Source of the DNA: an uncultured delta proteobacterium
GTDB lineage: Bacteria > Desulfobacterota > Desulfobacteria > Desulfobacterales > JAFDCJ01
Assembly (NCBI GenBank): GCA_963769935.1
Contig: CAVYNY010000011.1
Span: 160,001-224,000 of the forward strand
DNA: 64,000 nucleotides
Reading direction: 5' to 3'
A model generated the notes under the pieces. That model did not search any database. It was given only the letters and a program-made list of their open reading frames with translations, and had not been told where the DNA came from. Position numbers and translations under genes: made by a program. Position 1 is the first letter of the stretch. Each line of letters opens with the position of its first letter. Below, piece by piece: positions 1-11,144 of the stretch.

Positions 1-627
1 AACGTATGTAAAAGCCACTCTGCTGCCACCGGCGGCGCTCGCGCACCAGCGAAGCGTTCGATCGACGGCATCTCCGGTCAGGTAATTCGTAACGCCCTCC
101 CAAATGAACAGCGTGGGCCGGTCGGCGTCGTAACCTGCCGCTTTCATCATGTCCGGCAATTGCTGGGAGTTGAAGTCAATCGGCACAAAACGCACGCGCT
201 GAGGAATTGAATTGAGCACGGATTCCATAATCGAACGTTTAGCGGCCGATGTGGAAGGATGGTCGACCTCAAAGACGGGCACCCGAGACATGGCGGCGAT
301 TCGGTAAGCACGTGCATCAAAGCCGGCTCCGAGAATAACGACTTGTTCGCTGCCGCGGGCGAGGGCGGCCGCGGCCACGTCGTCGATGAAACGGGTTCTT
401 GCCACGGCTGAAGTGCGGGCGCCCGGCCAGCGGTAATCGATATAGCCTCGGATCAGGGCGCCGACCGGCCGAGACTTGGATAGAGTGACCACAAGGCGAA
501 GTGGAGCACTCAGAAAGGCAGCGGCGAATCGATCTTCGCAGATACGCCGCTCGGCGCCCAGATTCATCTCCAACGCGCGAAACAGTGCCATGTACTCTGC
601 GGTGCGACTGGCCCGCCCCTCTTTCAT
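1..627 (-). CDS. SAM-dependent methyltransferase (LCM/TIGR00027-like), partial at window edge
   Basis: Manual translation: MKEGRASRTAEYMALFRA...ARTRFIDD...QVVILGAGFDARAYR...FEVDHP...FIWEG. Not in the ORF track. Confidence 0.85.
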   Translation of the reverse strand, partial: MKEGRASRTAEYMALFRALEMNLGAERRICEDRFAAAFLSAPLRLVVTLSKSRPVGALIRGYIDYRWPGARTSAVARTRFIDDVAAAALARGSEQVVILGAGFDARAYRIAAMSRVPVFEVDHPSTSAAKRSIMESVLNSIPQRVRFVPIDFNSQQLPDMMKAAGYDADRPTLFIWEGVTNYLTGDAVDRTLRWCASAAGGSRVAFTYV

Positions 628-898
628 GCGGTTCCCCCAATTATCACCTGACGCCGGCTCGTAAGGGCCGCCCTGCGTTCATTTCTCCATAAAATTATAC
701 CAGCCGTAGTCTTTGCGAAAAGAAATTTATAATTTGAGGGGTCCCAAACCCTTAAATCGATGACACCTAATCTTTTATTACTTCTTTTCGTGAAACAGCG
801 AGTTCTTGCCACCAGCTTGATCTCATTAAACGGTTCTATGGCAAAGCGGTAGAGGTGGAGGGTGACACCATTCGCTTTACCATTCTTCCGTTTTCAGT

Positions 899-1399
899 TT
901 ATCCGGTAAAAGCAAAATCCGCCCACGTTCCGCATCGATCTTTGTAATCAAAATGCCTTCCGTAATCGGCAAAATTCCAAAAGAAAGAGTGACAAGCCTT
1001 GACATTAGACAAGAAAGGCAGAGACTGATTTTCGAGCCGGACCGGGCTTCCGTCCGGCCCCGTGGACAGCGCTTGTTTCATTTCTCCGGCTGGCATTTTA
1101 AAATGGACACTTTTCCCATCTTCTTCGATGTCCACTTTTACATACTTGATGCCGAATACCTTTTTCATCAGCATACCGCCGATTGTTTCGACTGCCAACA
1201 CATCCAGAATTTGGCGCTGCTCCGGCGTTGCGTTATCGCTGATGTAAACTCCGCCTTCCGAACCCTTTTCCAACAGTTCTTTAATGGCTTTGTTATAACA
1301 GGATATTTCGGCCTTGATCAATCTTCCTGAGCATACCGCCAGCATTTCTCGAAAGATCCGTTTGCCTGCTTCCGGCAAGGACTCTTTTCTGCACGTCAA
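899..1399 (-). pseudogene. Chimeric ORF: UxaA-like C-terminal scrap joined to the C-terminal part of a DUF1326-like protein
   Basis: EAGKRIFREMLAVCSGRLIKAE resembles the UxaA tail. VYISDNATPEQRQIL..IGG resembles DUF1326. The Cys-rich DUF1326 N-terminus is absent. Confidence 0.5.
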
Positions 1400-1417
1400 A
1401 TAGATGAACCAAATTCG

Positions 1418-2269
1418 TTATACCTCAAATTCGCTAACGGTGCCGGCATGGTTGAAAAAGAAACGGTCCCCGAGTTCCTGGGCCAGAAAACCACTCGCGC
1501 CCGGTCCCGTGCAGTGGGACACGCCGATGCGCTGAACATCGAGGCGTTTGATTTCCTCGAGGGTCAGTCGGAGCCGGCGTTCGGAAGCGCCGAACAGATG
1601 AATCCCTCCGACGATGGCGTAGACATCGTCGCATCCGGTCAGATCCTGTGCCCGGCGGATAGTGTTGACAATGCCCCGGTGGGCGCAGCCGGACACGATG
1701 ATCAGGCCCTTGTCGGATTTGATAAACAGCGACTGGTCGTCTCTGAGCGGATCGCGGACGTATCCGTCATCGGTTTCGACACAGGCGTTGGCGTCGATTT
1801 CTTCGAAGTCGGTCAGCATCGGGATCTCGCCGCTGGCGACAATCCGGTCGGTGATCCACACCGGTTCCGGCGTCAGGTGAAAGGTCGCCCCCAGGCTTTC
1901 CACCAGTTTACGGGCGAAAGGGATGCCGACATAGTGATAGCGGCTCCCATCGCCCGAGCGCCAGAATTTGGGCGCCCACGCATCCGGATGAGCGATGACC
2001 TCCACCGGTGTTTGCGGCATATCGCGAAGCTTGAGCAGATCCACCAGGCCGCCGGTGTGGTCTTCGTGGCCGTGGCTGAAGAGGATTTTGTCGACACTCT
2101 TGATTTTCGCTCCCATGATCCCGGCATTATGAGCGGCCACCATACTTCGTCCCGTATCGACCAGAATAGTGACGTCATCCGTTTCTACCAGAATACTCAA
2201 TCCCCATTCGGCAAGCAGACCCAGCCAGCTTGCCGAATTCTCGGCTAACGTTGATAATCGTATATGCAT
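1418..2269 (-). CDS. MBL-fold metallo-hydrolase (COG1237-like)
   Basis: Motifs EWGLS, DTG, SHGHEDH, SGCAHRG, GGIHL, HCTG. Confidence 0.9.
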   Translation of the reverse strand: MHIRLSTLAENSASWLGLLAEWGLSILVETDDVTILVDTGRSMVAAHNAGIMGAKIKSVDKILFSHGHEDHTGGLVDLLKLRDMPQTPVEVIAHPDAWAPKFWRSGDGSRYHYVGIPFARKLVESLGATFHLTPEPVWITDRIVASGEIPMLTDFEEIDANACVETDDGYVRDPLRDDQSLFIKSDKGLIIVSGCAHRGIVNTIRRAQDLTGCDDVYAIVGGIHLFGASERRLRLTLEEIKRLDVQRIGVSHCTGPGASGFLAQELGDRFFFNHAGTVSEFEV

Positions 2270-2403
2270 CGTATACCCTATGCCTCCCTTTGCGATTTAG
2301 TCCTCGTGTTAGGACCTTTTGGCTGTTGAAGATTCCGACCGATCCTGCTGCTGCAGGCAGCCGGGCCGGTCAGTTCGGCAAATTTAACATGTTTCCGGCA
2401 GAT

Positions 2404-3711
2404 TTAACATGTTTTTTGAAAACGTTCATGAATAATTTTAAGATTCAATACCCTTTCCTTCTTTATAGAAATCGGAATATACAGAAATGTTGAGCACTGA
2501 TCTTCAAATGTTTCAAACGCTGCTGCCTGATCTTCGACCAGTACCTTTTTGATTACCTTTTCCCGCATGCGCAAACACAACGCAAACTCGAGAGGGAAAT
2601 TATCTCCCAGATAACCCACTTTAGCCCGTGTCGTTTCAGGGTCAACCAATGCTCTTTCAAAAAGACTGAAATTTTCTCTTTCGTTCCATAGTTTTTCGCG
2701 TGAAATCCGTCGTTCTCCCGGGGTGTTGCCTAAGGATCTTATTGAAATTCTGAAATCCCCGCATATCAAATTGGTTGGATACCCGGGGTCCTTTTCCCAT
2801 GAGAATCTTTCGTTTCCCATAGTTAACAGGGCCTGACAGGGAAACAATCCGCTCTCGCCCAGACCTTGCTCGGCTTTGACGCTCCAGTGGTTCGTTTCCA
2901 TTCCAAAAATAAGCGTATGCCATTTTAGATATGCCGGACCGCAGGTATAATTCGTATATCCGGCCAATCTGTCAGGGGTATCGTAGTGCTCATAAAAATT
3001 TTGGACATTGAGCAGGAATACTTTCTCCTTTTGATATCTCCAGGGCAACCGTGGGTTACCCATTTCGCCGAAATAGTAGCAAGCCAGATCTTCGAGGGTA
3101 TGGATTTCATAGGGAAACCCCTTTGCCCCGGCTGCCTCCACCATCCTGTTGGCGACATATTGATAAATCTGTTCATCCATGCCCCATTTAGTCGTGTTGG
3201 CGGGAATGATAACTTCCATGTCGCCGCGATCATATTTCGACCCTTGTATCTCACCCAGACTGTGATAATCGATCATCATATCCGGGGTATAGACGGCACA
3301 CAGATTTCCCATTATCTCTTTTTCAAGGTCGGTGATCCCGGTCATGGTCGAATGGAACTCATCCAAAATAATTCCCACTGGATTGCAAACGGGGACAACG
3401 ATAACCGTCTGCTTATCTCGGATTTCGCCGGCTTCATCACTGGCCAGATAACTCAGGATTTCCGGTCCAACGACCAAACCACCCCTTTCATTCCCGTGTC
3501 TGGCCAGGGTAACTACGGCAATCTGTTTCTCATCATTAGAAATAGACTTGTTGGTGAGGATGACAGCCGGTATTTCCCATTTGCCGTCTTCTGATTTACC
3601 GAGCACCTTTTTCTCGGCAATTTTTTTGTTCTTTTCCACAAAATCATCGACCCAGGAGTAAATCTCCCGCAATCCTTCCTCTCCCATAGGCATATGCTCA
3701 AAGACTGACAT
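2404..3711 (-). CDS. M14-family zinc carboxypeptidase/deacylase-like protein
   Basis: LGKS.DG, HGNE (HxxE), VPVCNP, DYH; GGAGG RBS upstream. Confidence 0.7.
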   Translation of the reverse strand: MSVFEHMPMGEEGLREIYSWVDDFVEKNKKIAEKKVLGKSEDGKWEIPAVILTNKSISNDEKQIAVVTLARHGNERGGLVVGPEILSYLASDEAGEIRDKQTVIVVPVCNPVGIILDEFHSTMTGITDLEKEIMGNLCAVYTPDMMIDYHSLGEIQGSKYDRGDMEVIIPANTTKWGMDEQIYQYVANRMVEAAGAKGFPYEIHTLEDLACYYFGEMGNPRLPWRYQKEKVFLLNVQNFYEHYDTPDRLAGYTNYTCGPAYLKWHTLIFGMETNHWSVKAEQGLGESGLFPCQALLTMGNERFSWEKDPGYPTNLICGDFRISIRSLGNTPGERRISREKLWNERENFSLFERALVDPETTRAKVGYLGDNFPLEFALCLRMREKVIKKVLVEDQAAAFETFEDQCSTFLYIPISIKKERVLNLKIIHERFQKTC

Positions 3712-4034
3712 GGTTGTTCCTCCTCTATCTCTATGACCCGGGCCCCTAAATTGGTTTGAGACAGGGTCATCCCTAATCCAACGGGACCCGTCCCAAACAG
3801 GCAGGTAATTTCTCCCGGAGCCACCCCGCTTCTGATACAGGCGCCATAAGGCATACCCATCTCCGCTCCCAGGAGTTCATCAAACCAGAATTCCAAGTTC
3901 TTCCCGACGGCTGATTCCCCTCGCGTGTCGGTGGTCCACCAGTGCGCCAGCTTTCTTATGTCGGTCACCGCCTGATAAACTTCGTTTGGAGACGCCTTGA
4001 TGTGAATTTCATGCCAGATTTCGCGATGTGTCAT
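3712..4034 (-). pseudogene. SRPBCC (Aha1-like) N-terminus fused to a zinc-binding dehydrogenase fragment
   Basis: IHIKASPNEVYQA...WWT, then abruptly GVAPGE...FGTGPVGL..GARVI. Confidence 0.6.
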
Positions 4035-4066
4035 AGATGTCTCCGTTAAGGCAGAGCGTGTCGTTT

Positions 4067-5239
4067 TTAGTACCCCTCGATTTGATTGGGAAAGTAATCC
4101 TCGAGATCGCCTTCCCGATAAACGTCGACGGTCGTACAGTGCAGTGAACCGCCGAAGGAGACAACCTTGTCATAGGGCACAGGAATCACTTCAATACCCA
4201 GCTTGGTGAGTTGCTCAATATAGCGCTCTTCGTGGGCCTCCGCGCAAATTGTGTTGGGCCCCAGCGAGAGGGTGTTCATGAAGATTGGGTTAGGTCCTTT
4301 CCGTGGAGTTCCAAATGAGTCAAGCACTTCCTTGTAATGATGGGTGGGGGGAGCCGTTTCAACTATTTCCCAGTCGTTCTTCTTGAGGAGTTTTACGGCT
4401 TCCGGGGTCAGGAAAGGTCGAGCAGGGTTGTGCATCATTAGCCCGGGACGAACGGGGCAAATAATGACGTCAGCGTGGAACGCGTAATACGTGTCTTGGG
4501 TGGTGCCGAACTGCACTTCATGCACCCTGATCCCTTTGGATCCGAAATAGCGCTTGAGCCAGTCAATGCCGGCATTGTTAGTCACACAACCATGGTACCA
4601 GAAGATGTCTTTTCCCATTCGCATGCAGCAAGCAGCATCCCACATCGGTTCCACGTCGGTCAGGTGGAAGCGATTTTTTTCCAATCGCTTTTGCTTTTCT
4701 TCATCTGACCATACATTGTAGTAGTTGTACCAGTAATTCTTTTCGTAAGAAGCATCTGTCATGCGAGGCTTGGGCGCTGCAGTCCACAAAAAATCCGGAT
4801 CTTCCTTGAAGTAGCGCTGAAAGATGGGGCGAAGGTTCAAGTGCTCGTACCAGCGCTGTCGTTGTGCGCCAGCGCCCTCAATTATCTCATTTCCAACTGT
4901 CATGAAAAGGTCTCGAGGGCAGTTCGTGCCGCGGACATTGGGCATGGTCCAATCCGGTGTCCCATTGCCCCGACCTTCCAAGTAGGCCGGGTGCAATTCC
5001 ACACGGTCTACCGTAATACCGCGGTTTTCCAAAATTTTCACGAAGTTATCCATCTGCTCATTAGCTTCGTCAACCATCTCCTCGGGATATGGCCCATAGG
5101 TGCCGAGCGGATAACCACCGTCGGGTTGATGCGAGTACGCACCGGGTTCAGGTGCAGCCACATGGCTGCCTTCAGGTCGACCCAAAATTAATCTCTTCAG
5201 GGGATCCCATTCGTTCCAGGCATTCACGATTTTCGTCAT
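4067..5239 (-). CDS. Amidinotransferase (glycine/inosamine-phosphate amidinotransferase family)
   Basis: VNAWNEWDPLK, CPRD, WDAA (Asp), HAD (His), GGSLHCTTVD (Cys). Confidence 0.9.
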   Translation of the reverse strand: MTKIVNAWNEWDPLKRLILGRPEGSHVAAPEPGAYSHQPDGGYPLGTYGPYPEEMVDEANEQMDNFVKILENRGITVDRVELHPAYLEGRGNGTPDWTMPNVRGTNCPRDLFMTVGNEIIEGAGAQRQRWYEHLNLRPIFQRYFKEDPDFLWTAAPKPRMTDASYEKNYWYNYYNVWSDEEKQKRLEKNRFHLTDVEPMWDAACCMRMGKDIFWYHGCVTNNAGIDWLKRYFGSKGIRVHEVQFGTTQDTYYAFHADVIICPVRPGLMMHNPARPFLTPEAVKLLKKNDWEIVETAPPTHHYKEVLDSFGTPRKGPNPIFMNTLSLGPNTICAEAHEERYIEQLTKLGIEVIPVPYDKVVSFGGSLHCTTVDVYREGDLEDYFPNQIEGY

Positions 5240-5539
5240 GATATCTTCCTCCAGATCTAATTGTATTTATCTCTTCGTCAGGCATCCTCACAAGGCCGGA
5301 TCACCTCACGATAAATCCCTGCAGTAAACGGTTTGCCCTTTTTCCCCATCTTGAGAACTGATCAAGGATAGAGGTTAAAAACCTGCGCTGCGTCCGGGGT
5401 CCGGCCCAATGCCAATACTTAATCCTTATGTGACAGCCGTTTGCGTCATTCCGGCAAGGGAGAATAGAGTGTCTAATCCTGACGGGCTGTTGCCCAAATG
5501 GAAATTAATACCAAGTTCTCTATGTATAAAATCTGAGAT

Positions 5540-5908
5540 TCAGATCCAAACGTTATCATCGGCCGTCATTTCGCCGCCGGCGCCGCCGGTATTAATTGTA
5601 CCGGCAGGTTCGACAAGCATTGCCCGGCATTCTTTTTCAGCAGACGGCTTGTGCTCGATACCCTGCGGCACGACGAACATCTCCCCGGCCTTCAAATTTA
5701 CGCCGCCATCGCGAAAAGCAATGAACATTTCTCCGTCCAGAACGATAAACACTTCGTCTGTATCATCGTGGCGATGCCAGACAAACTCGCCCTGGAATTT
5801 CACGAGTTTGAAATGATAATCATTCATCTGAGCGATGATTTTGGGTGCCCAATGCTCGGCAAATTTGGATAATTTTTCTGCGAGATTTATCGCCTTGAAA
5901 ACCATCAT
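5540..5908 (-). CDS. Cupin domain protein
   Basis: [15 protein letters not shown]...[10 protein letters not shown]. Confidence 0.9.
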   Translation of the reverse strand: MMVFKAINLAEKLSKFAEHWAPKIIAQMNDYHFKLVKFQGEFVWHRHDDTDEVFIVLDGEMFIAFRDGGVNLKAGEMFVVPQGIEHKPSAEKECRAMLVEPAGTINTGGAGGEMTADDNVWI

Positions 5909-6240
5909 CTATCACCTTATTCAAGCGGGTAACGGTACAAGATAGTCTCTATATAGAAAGGGAAGGTGCTTTGTCATAAACGCCCACGCAAATCAGGCAC
6001 TTTTGCTGCCGGACAGCATGCCGCCGGGTCGATCCAAAAAATCATAGCGGCGGGGCCATTTTTTTCGTGAGCAACGATCTCAGCGGCACCCTGCGTATCG
6101 ATCGATCCCATCTGAGCAACAACCCCAGCCTTGGCTTTGAGACCGACCCCGGCATTTTTTAAATCACAAATAAAGACACGATCCCATTTTCCATTTAGAT
6201 TTATCAACCAAACGTGCACCTATCCGGGAGAAGCCAAAAA

Positions 6241-7413
6241 TTAAAGGACCAGATCGTCGAGATCAACTGGGGCGCGGGTCATGGCTTGACAGGCGTCCTT
6301 GGTCACTAGAACCGTATCCGAATGACGATAACCGCCCACCCCCGATAGGTAGATGCCCGGCTCGATGCTGATGACCATATTCTCCGCAATCACATCTTCG
6401 CTGCCCATTGCGATCCAGGGAGGTTCATGGCCGGTGATGCCAAAACCATGGCCGGTGCGGTGTAAAATGGCATCGCCGAATCCCCTGGCTTTGATCAGAT
6501 CCAATACCTGCCGGTCGACATCGGCGGCGCGGGCGCCGGGCTTGATCAGTTCAAAGGCCAGCGCCCGGGCTTCCATCATCGCAGAGAAAGGGGCTCTGGA
6601 CGCTTCGGGAATATTGCCGATAAAAAAGGTGCGCTCCAACTCAGCCGAGTACCCGTCTGCCTGAGCCGCCACAATCGTGACCTGGGGTCCGCCGGCTTGA
6701 AGTGAATCGAAAAGGCCCGGCACGGAATGGGGCTGAGCCGACAGGGGCCCTGGCCAGACTGCGCAGAGCGTCTTGGTCATCAGCAGGTTCAGTTGGGACA
6801 CCTCCAGGACGATGAGGCCCATCATCTGGCGCACGCCTTCACTATAAAGGGTCAACTGCTGAACGCCGGGCTTGCTCAGTTCCAGAGTCTTGGCCAGGCC
6901 TGCCTCGACGATTTTGCAGGCATATGCTATCCGGCTGATTTCATATTCAGATTTAACCAAGCGTATTTCGTCTATAAGATCGGTGGCCACAATCTGTCCA
7001 GGGATAATCTCGCGATGCATCACCGGCAGTGACTTTTCAATTCCCACCCGTGCGTTGGCAGGTATCATCTCTTTGAGCGCATCAACATGGCTCAGGCCGG
7101 CGGGGGCCGGGTATTCGCGATAGGTGCGATAGTTTACATCGATCAGCACCCGTCCCTCGGCATGGCTGACTTCAAGCAGCGGCAGGACAAGCGTCGGATC
7201 GTCGGAGGCGGGGATGATTAGGAAAAATGGACGCTCCATTGGAAAGTAGGCAAAATTGGTGAGGTAATAAACATTGTCGGTCTGAGCCGACACGTAATAA
7301 TCAATCCTCTGTTTTTGCATCCTGGCCCTTAAGTTATTCAAGCGCGAGTCCAGTTCCGCCGGTTCCGGTGCAGATGTTACAGGTACGATTGCATTCATGA
7401 ATTTATTGTCCAT
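6241..7413 (-). CDS. M24 (pita-bread fold) hydrolase, creatinase-like/Xaa-Pro peptidase family
   Basis: Creatinase-N-like N-terminus; YSAELERT, HRTGHGFG..HEPP, EPGIY, GYRHSDTVLVT. Confidence 0.85.
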   Translation of the reverse strand: MDNKFMNAIVPVTSAPEPAELDSRLNNLRARMQKQRIDYYVSAQTDNVYYLTNFAYFPMERPFFLIIPASDDPTLVLPLLEVSHAEGRVLIDVNYRTYREYPAPAGLSHVDALKEMIPANARVGIEKSLPVMHREIIPGQIVATDLIDEIRLVKSEYEISRIAYACKIVEAGLAKTLELSKPGVQQLTLYSEGVRQMMGLIVLEVSQLNLLMTKTLCAVWPGPLSAQPHSVPGLFDSLQAGGPQVTIVAAQADGYSAELERTFFIGNIPEASRAPFSAMMEARALAFELIKPGARAADVDRQVLDLIKARGFGDAILHRTGHGFGITGHEPPWIAMGSEDVIAENMVISIEPGIYLSGVGGYRHSDTVLVTKDACQAMTRAPVDLDDLVL

Positions 7414-7763
7414 CCTTTTTCTTAATAAGGCAGTTTTTGAGGAAAATCGGTCGATTAAGACCGTCTCAAAGTCCTTTTTGAGGAATTACATTCGCAATGT
7501 CAAATGCTTAGCGTGGCGACCCCATAGAACCATACCGGTTACGCCCCCACAGATACCCCCGGTCATACCGAAACCGGGAAAGGCGGATCTTCGGCATTAC
7601 AGTGTCAAGAAGCTGCAATCTCCGCCTCTCCGGAGTGATGTCAAAGCCTGCCTTCTGGGAAAGGCTTCTTTCCTTTAATTAACCCATTGAAAATTTGTTG
7701 TTTTTGCGCGAATTGATAATTCGCTGATAAGCATTATGTTAATATACACTACCAACTCAAACA

Positions 7764-10700
7764 ATGGAAGACGTTAAAATGCAATGCCCAAAGTGCCGGT
7801 TTGAAAATCCCGGCGAGATGCAATTTTGTGGTAAGTGCGGCGCGAAATTGGAAAGCATCTGCCCGGAATGCAACTCTTCCAATCCACCAGGATTTAATTT
7901 TTGCGGCAAATGCGGCCATGAGCTAAGAGAGCCGCAAGATTCCATTTCGGTTGATTATTCGAAGCCTCAAAACTACACGCCTAAACACCTGGCAGACAAA
8001 ATTCTCACCACCCGCAGCTCCATCGAGGGCGAGCATAAACTGGTTACGGTCCTCTTTGCGGATGTGGCAAATTTCACTTCTATTTCTGAAAATCTTGATC
8101 CTGAGGAAGTTCACCGTCTCATGGATGGTTGCTTTAAGATCCTGATGGAGGAAATTCACCGGTTTGAGGGAACCATCAACCAGTTCACCGGTGATGGTGT
8201 CATGGCCCTTTTCGGCGCTCCGGTGGCCCATGAGGATCATGGACGACGGGCCTGCCAGGCAGCGTTGTCCATTCAGAAATCCATAGGGGATTACGGCGAA
8301 CAGCTCAAAAAAGATTATGGGATTGATTTTAAAATGCGTGTCGGCCTGAATTCAGGTCCGGTTGTTGTGGGCTCGATCGGGGACGACTTGCGCATGGATT
8401 ATACTGCTGTCGGCGACACCACCAATCTGGCCTCCAGAATGGAAAGTATGGCGCGTCCGGGCAGCATCGTTGTCTCCAACTACACCCACAGACTGGTGCG
8501 GGATTTTTTCGAATTTGAAAATCTTGGCAATACTGAGGTGAAAGGCAAAAAGGAGCCCCAGGAAATTTTTGAACTCCTCGGCGCCGGTGAAGCGGATACC
8601 AGGATCGCGGCATCAGTGGCCAAAGGCTTGACTCAATTTGTCGGCCGGAATAGCGCCATCCGTTCCCTTATGGATTCCTACCATAAAGCCGGGAGTGGGT
8701 CAGGTCAGGTTGTCGGGGTTGTGGGTGACGCCGGTGTGGGAAAGTCAAGGCTTCTGTTCGAATTTCGAAATCAATTTCCGGCCGACGAATTTACCTATTT
8801 TGAAGGCCAGTGTCTGCCTTTCGGTCGAACCATGGCGTATCTGCCCATATTGGAAATTCTTCGATCCTATTTTAACATCAAAGAAGGAGATCCTGAGTCG
8901 CTGATCAGAAAAAATTTGGCGGCCGTGATCCACCAGTTCGATGATAAGGTGCATGGTGTTTTAGCACCTTTTTGCGACCTCCTGTCCCTTGATGCCGAAG
9001 ATGCGGACTATGAAAAACTCGCGCCCAGGCAAAAAAGAGAGCAAACCTTTGAGGCTGTCCGCGAGTTGCTCATTTTCGAGAGTCAGAAAAGGCCGGTCAT
9101 CATCGTCGTTGAGGATCTGCAATGGATTGATAAGACATCGGAAGAATTCCTGGACTACCTGATCGGGCGGCTGTCCGGGGCCAGGATATTGTTGCTTCTC
9201 ATCTATCGGCCGGAGTATACCCACCCTTGGGGAAGTAGATCCTATTACAACAGAATCGGTCTGGAACAACTCAGCTCCGGATCCAGCGCAGAGCTGATAC
9301 GATCGATCCTCCAGGGTTGCGATGCTGTACCGGAGCTAAAAGGGTTTATACTCGAGCGGACAACGGGCAATCCGCTTTTCATGGAGGAGTTGACACGAAC
9401 CTTGCTGGAAAATGGTTCGATTCGATGTGAGGATGGCAGGTGTCGATTAATAAAAAATTTAGCCGAAATTGAGGTGCCGGATACCATCGAGGGGATCATT
9501 TCAGCGCGCATGGACCGATTGCAAGAGGACATCAAGCGCACAATGCAGTTGGCTTCGGTGATCGGCAGGTATTTTCCCTACCGGATCCTTGAAACGATCT
9601 CAGAGATGAGACAGGGGCTTAAATCCTGTCTGCTCAATCTTCAGGGATTGGAATTTATTTACGAAAAGAGTCTGTTCCCCGAGTTGGAATATGTATTTAA
9701 ACATATCCTGACCCGGCAGGTGGCATACAACAGTCTCCTGCAACAGAGAAGAAAGGAGATTCATGAAAAAATCGGACGGGCTATTGAAGCGCTTTACCCG
9801 GCTAGAATAGAAGAGTTTTATGAAATGTTGGCTTATCACTATTCAAGGAGCGACAATTTTGAGAAAGCCTGCCATTATCTGGAACTTTCGGGGGATAAAG
9901 TCATCCGAAATCATTCTGCATCAGAGGCCTTTTCCTATTACAAAGATGCGATGGAGGCCCTTAAAAAATTCCCCGCGTCTGAAGATAGCACACAAAAACT
10001 ACTGGCGATTGTCCATAAAATATTGGTTCCCATGATCGTTTTGGGCTTCCCGGAAGACAGCCTGTCTATTTTGCAGGCGGGTGAGAGAATCGCAACCGCC
10101 GTTGATGATAAAAAGAGCCGGATAAGATTTTACAGCAACATTGGCATGTATTATTCTCAAAAAGGAAAACAGGCCGAGGGCCGGAAGTCTTCAGGCAAAG
10201 CTTTTGAAGAAGCTGAAAAGATCCAGGACCTTGAACCGATGGCCCAGGCAGGGCCGGATATTGTTCTGGCGCATATGACGGAAGGCGCATACCACAAAGC
10301 CATTGATATTGCATCCAGAGTCACCAATCTGATTGAAAAAACGCAACGGCAGGCCGAAACCTTCGGGGGACCGTCTAATGTATATTCCGCCCTTACGGTT
10401 ATCTGCGGTTACAGCAAGGCAATGCTGGGTGATTTTGAAGCGGCATTGACGCTTTGTGATATGGCGCTCAAGAGTGCAACCGCTTTCGGGAACACGCCGG
10501 TTCAGGGGGTTGCTGAATATTATTACGGTATGGTTTTCTTGAACCGGGGAGAGTGGGAAACGGCCAGGGTTCATCTGCAGAACAGCATAAGGCTTTGTGA
10601 AAAGACGTCATTTTTTCAATGGTTGACATTGGCCTGGGGCGGATTGGGGCTGGCAGAAGCTGAACTGGCAAACCCCGCAGGCGGAATAGAATTTGTGGAG

Positions 10701-11144
10701 CAGGGGTTAAAAATTCAACGGGAAGCCAATATCGATTGGCTGATGTGCAGTCTGGTTTTCTCGCTGGGCATCTGTCATTGCTATGCGGGGAATCTGACCA
10801 AAGCCGTCGATCTGATGAAGGAGGCCTACCGGCTGTCGGAAAATAATCAGGAAATGCACGAAGCCGGGAAATCTTTAATCTGGCTGGGCCGGGTAACGAG
10901 TCTTGCCGATCCGCCCCAAAAAAAAGAGGCGCTTGATTATATTCAAAGCGGTCTAAAAATCCTCAATGGCCTGGAAACAAAACCTGATGCGGCGATCGCC
11001 CATTTATTTTTGGGTGAGCTTTATCGGAATCTTGGCCAGCCAGACCAAGCTATGAGCTTTCTGAAAGAAGCAGCCACGACGTTCGAAGATATGGGAATGG
11101 TCGCCTGGTTGGACAAAACCCGGGCGATTTTGAATAAACTATAG
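7764..11144 (+). CDS. Double zinc ribbon + class III adenylate/guanylate cyclase + AAA/STAND ATPase + TPR protein
   Basis: CxxC repeats, VLFADV, QFTGDGVMA, GDTTNLASR, GDAGVGKS, EDLQW, GNPLF, helical repeats. Confidence 0.92.
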   Translation: MEDVKMQCPKCRFENPGEMQFCGKCGAKLESICPECNSSNPPGFNFCGKCGHELREPQDSISVDYSKPQNYTPKHLADKILTTRSSIEGEHKLVTVLFADVANFTSISENLDPEEVHRLMDGCFKILMEEIHRFEGTINQFTGDGVMALFGAPVAHEDHGRRACQAALSIQKSIGDYGEQLKKDYGIDFKMRVGLNSGPVVVGSIGDDLRMDYTAVGDTTNLASRMESMARPGSIVVSNYTHRLVRDFFEFENLGNTEVKGKKEPQEIFELLGAGEADTRIAASVAKGLTQFVGRNSAIRSLMDSYHKAGSGSGQVVGVVGDAGVGKSRLLFEFRNQFPADEFTYFEGQCLPFGRTMAYLPILEILRSYFNIKEGDPESLIRKNLAAVIHQFDDKVHGVLAPFCDLLSLDAEDADYEKLAPRQKREQTFEAVRELLIFESQKRPVIIVVEDLQWIDKTSEEFLDYLIGRLSGARILLLLIYRPEYTHPWGSRSYYNRIGLEQLSSGSSAELIRSILQGCDAVPELKGFILERTTGNPLFMEELTRTLLENGSIRCEDGRCRLIKNLAEIEVPDTIEGIISARMDRLQEDIKRTMQLASVIGRYFPYRILETISEMRQGLKSCLLNLQGLEFIYEKSLFPELEYVFKHILTRQVAYNSLLQQRRKEIHEKIGRAIEALYPARIEEFYEMLAYHYSRSDNFEKACHYLELSGDKVIRNHSASEAFSYYKDAMEALKKFPASEDSTQKLLAIVHKILVPMIVLGFPEDSLSILQAGERIATAVDDKKSRIRFYSNIGMYYSQKGKQAEGRKSSGKAFEEAEKIQDLEPMAQAGPDIVLAHMTEGAYHKAIDIASRVTNLIEKTQRQAETFGGPSNVYSALTVICGYSKAMLGDFEAALTLCDMALKSATAFGNTPVQGVAEYYYGMVFLNRGEWETARVHLQNSIRLCEKTSFFQWLTLAWGGLGLAEAELANPAGGIEFVEQGLKIQREANIDWLMCSLVFSLGICHCYAGNLTKAVDLMKEAYRLSENNQEMHEAGKSLIWLGRVTSLADPPQKKEALDYIQSGLKILNGLETKPDAAIAHLFLGELYRNLGQPDQAMSFLKEAATTFEDMGMVAWLDKTRAILNKL

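Noticed and set aside
5240..5540. Guanidine or c-di-GMP riboswitch upstream of the amidinotransferase
   Set aside because: Only short fragments (CCGGACG, GGGCAAACC); the remaining consensus and pairing are absent by eye.
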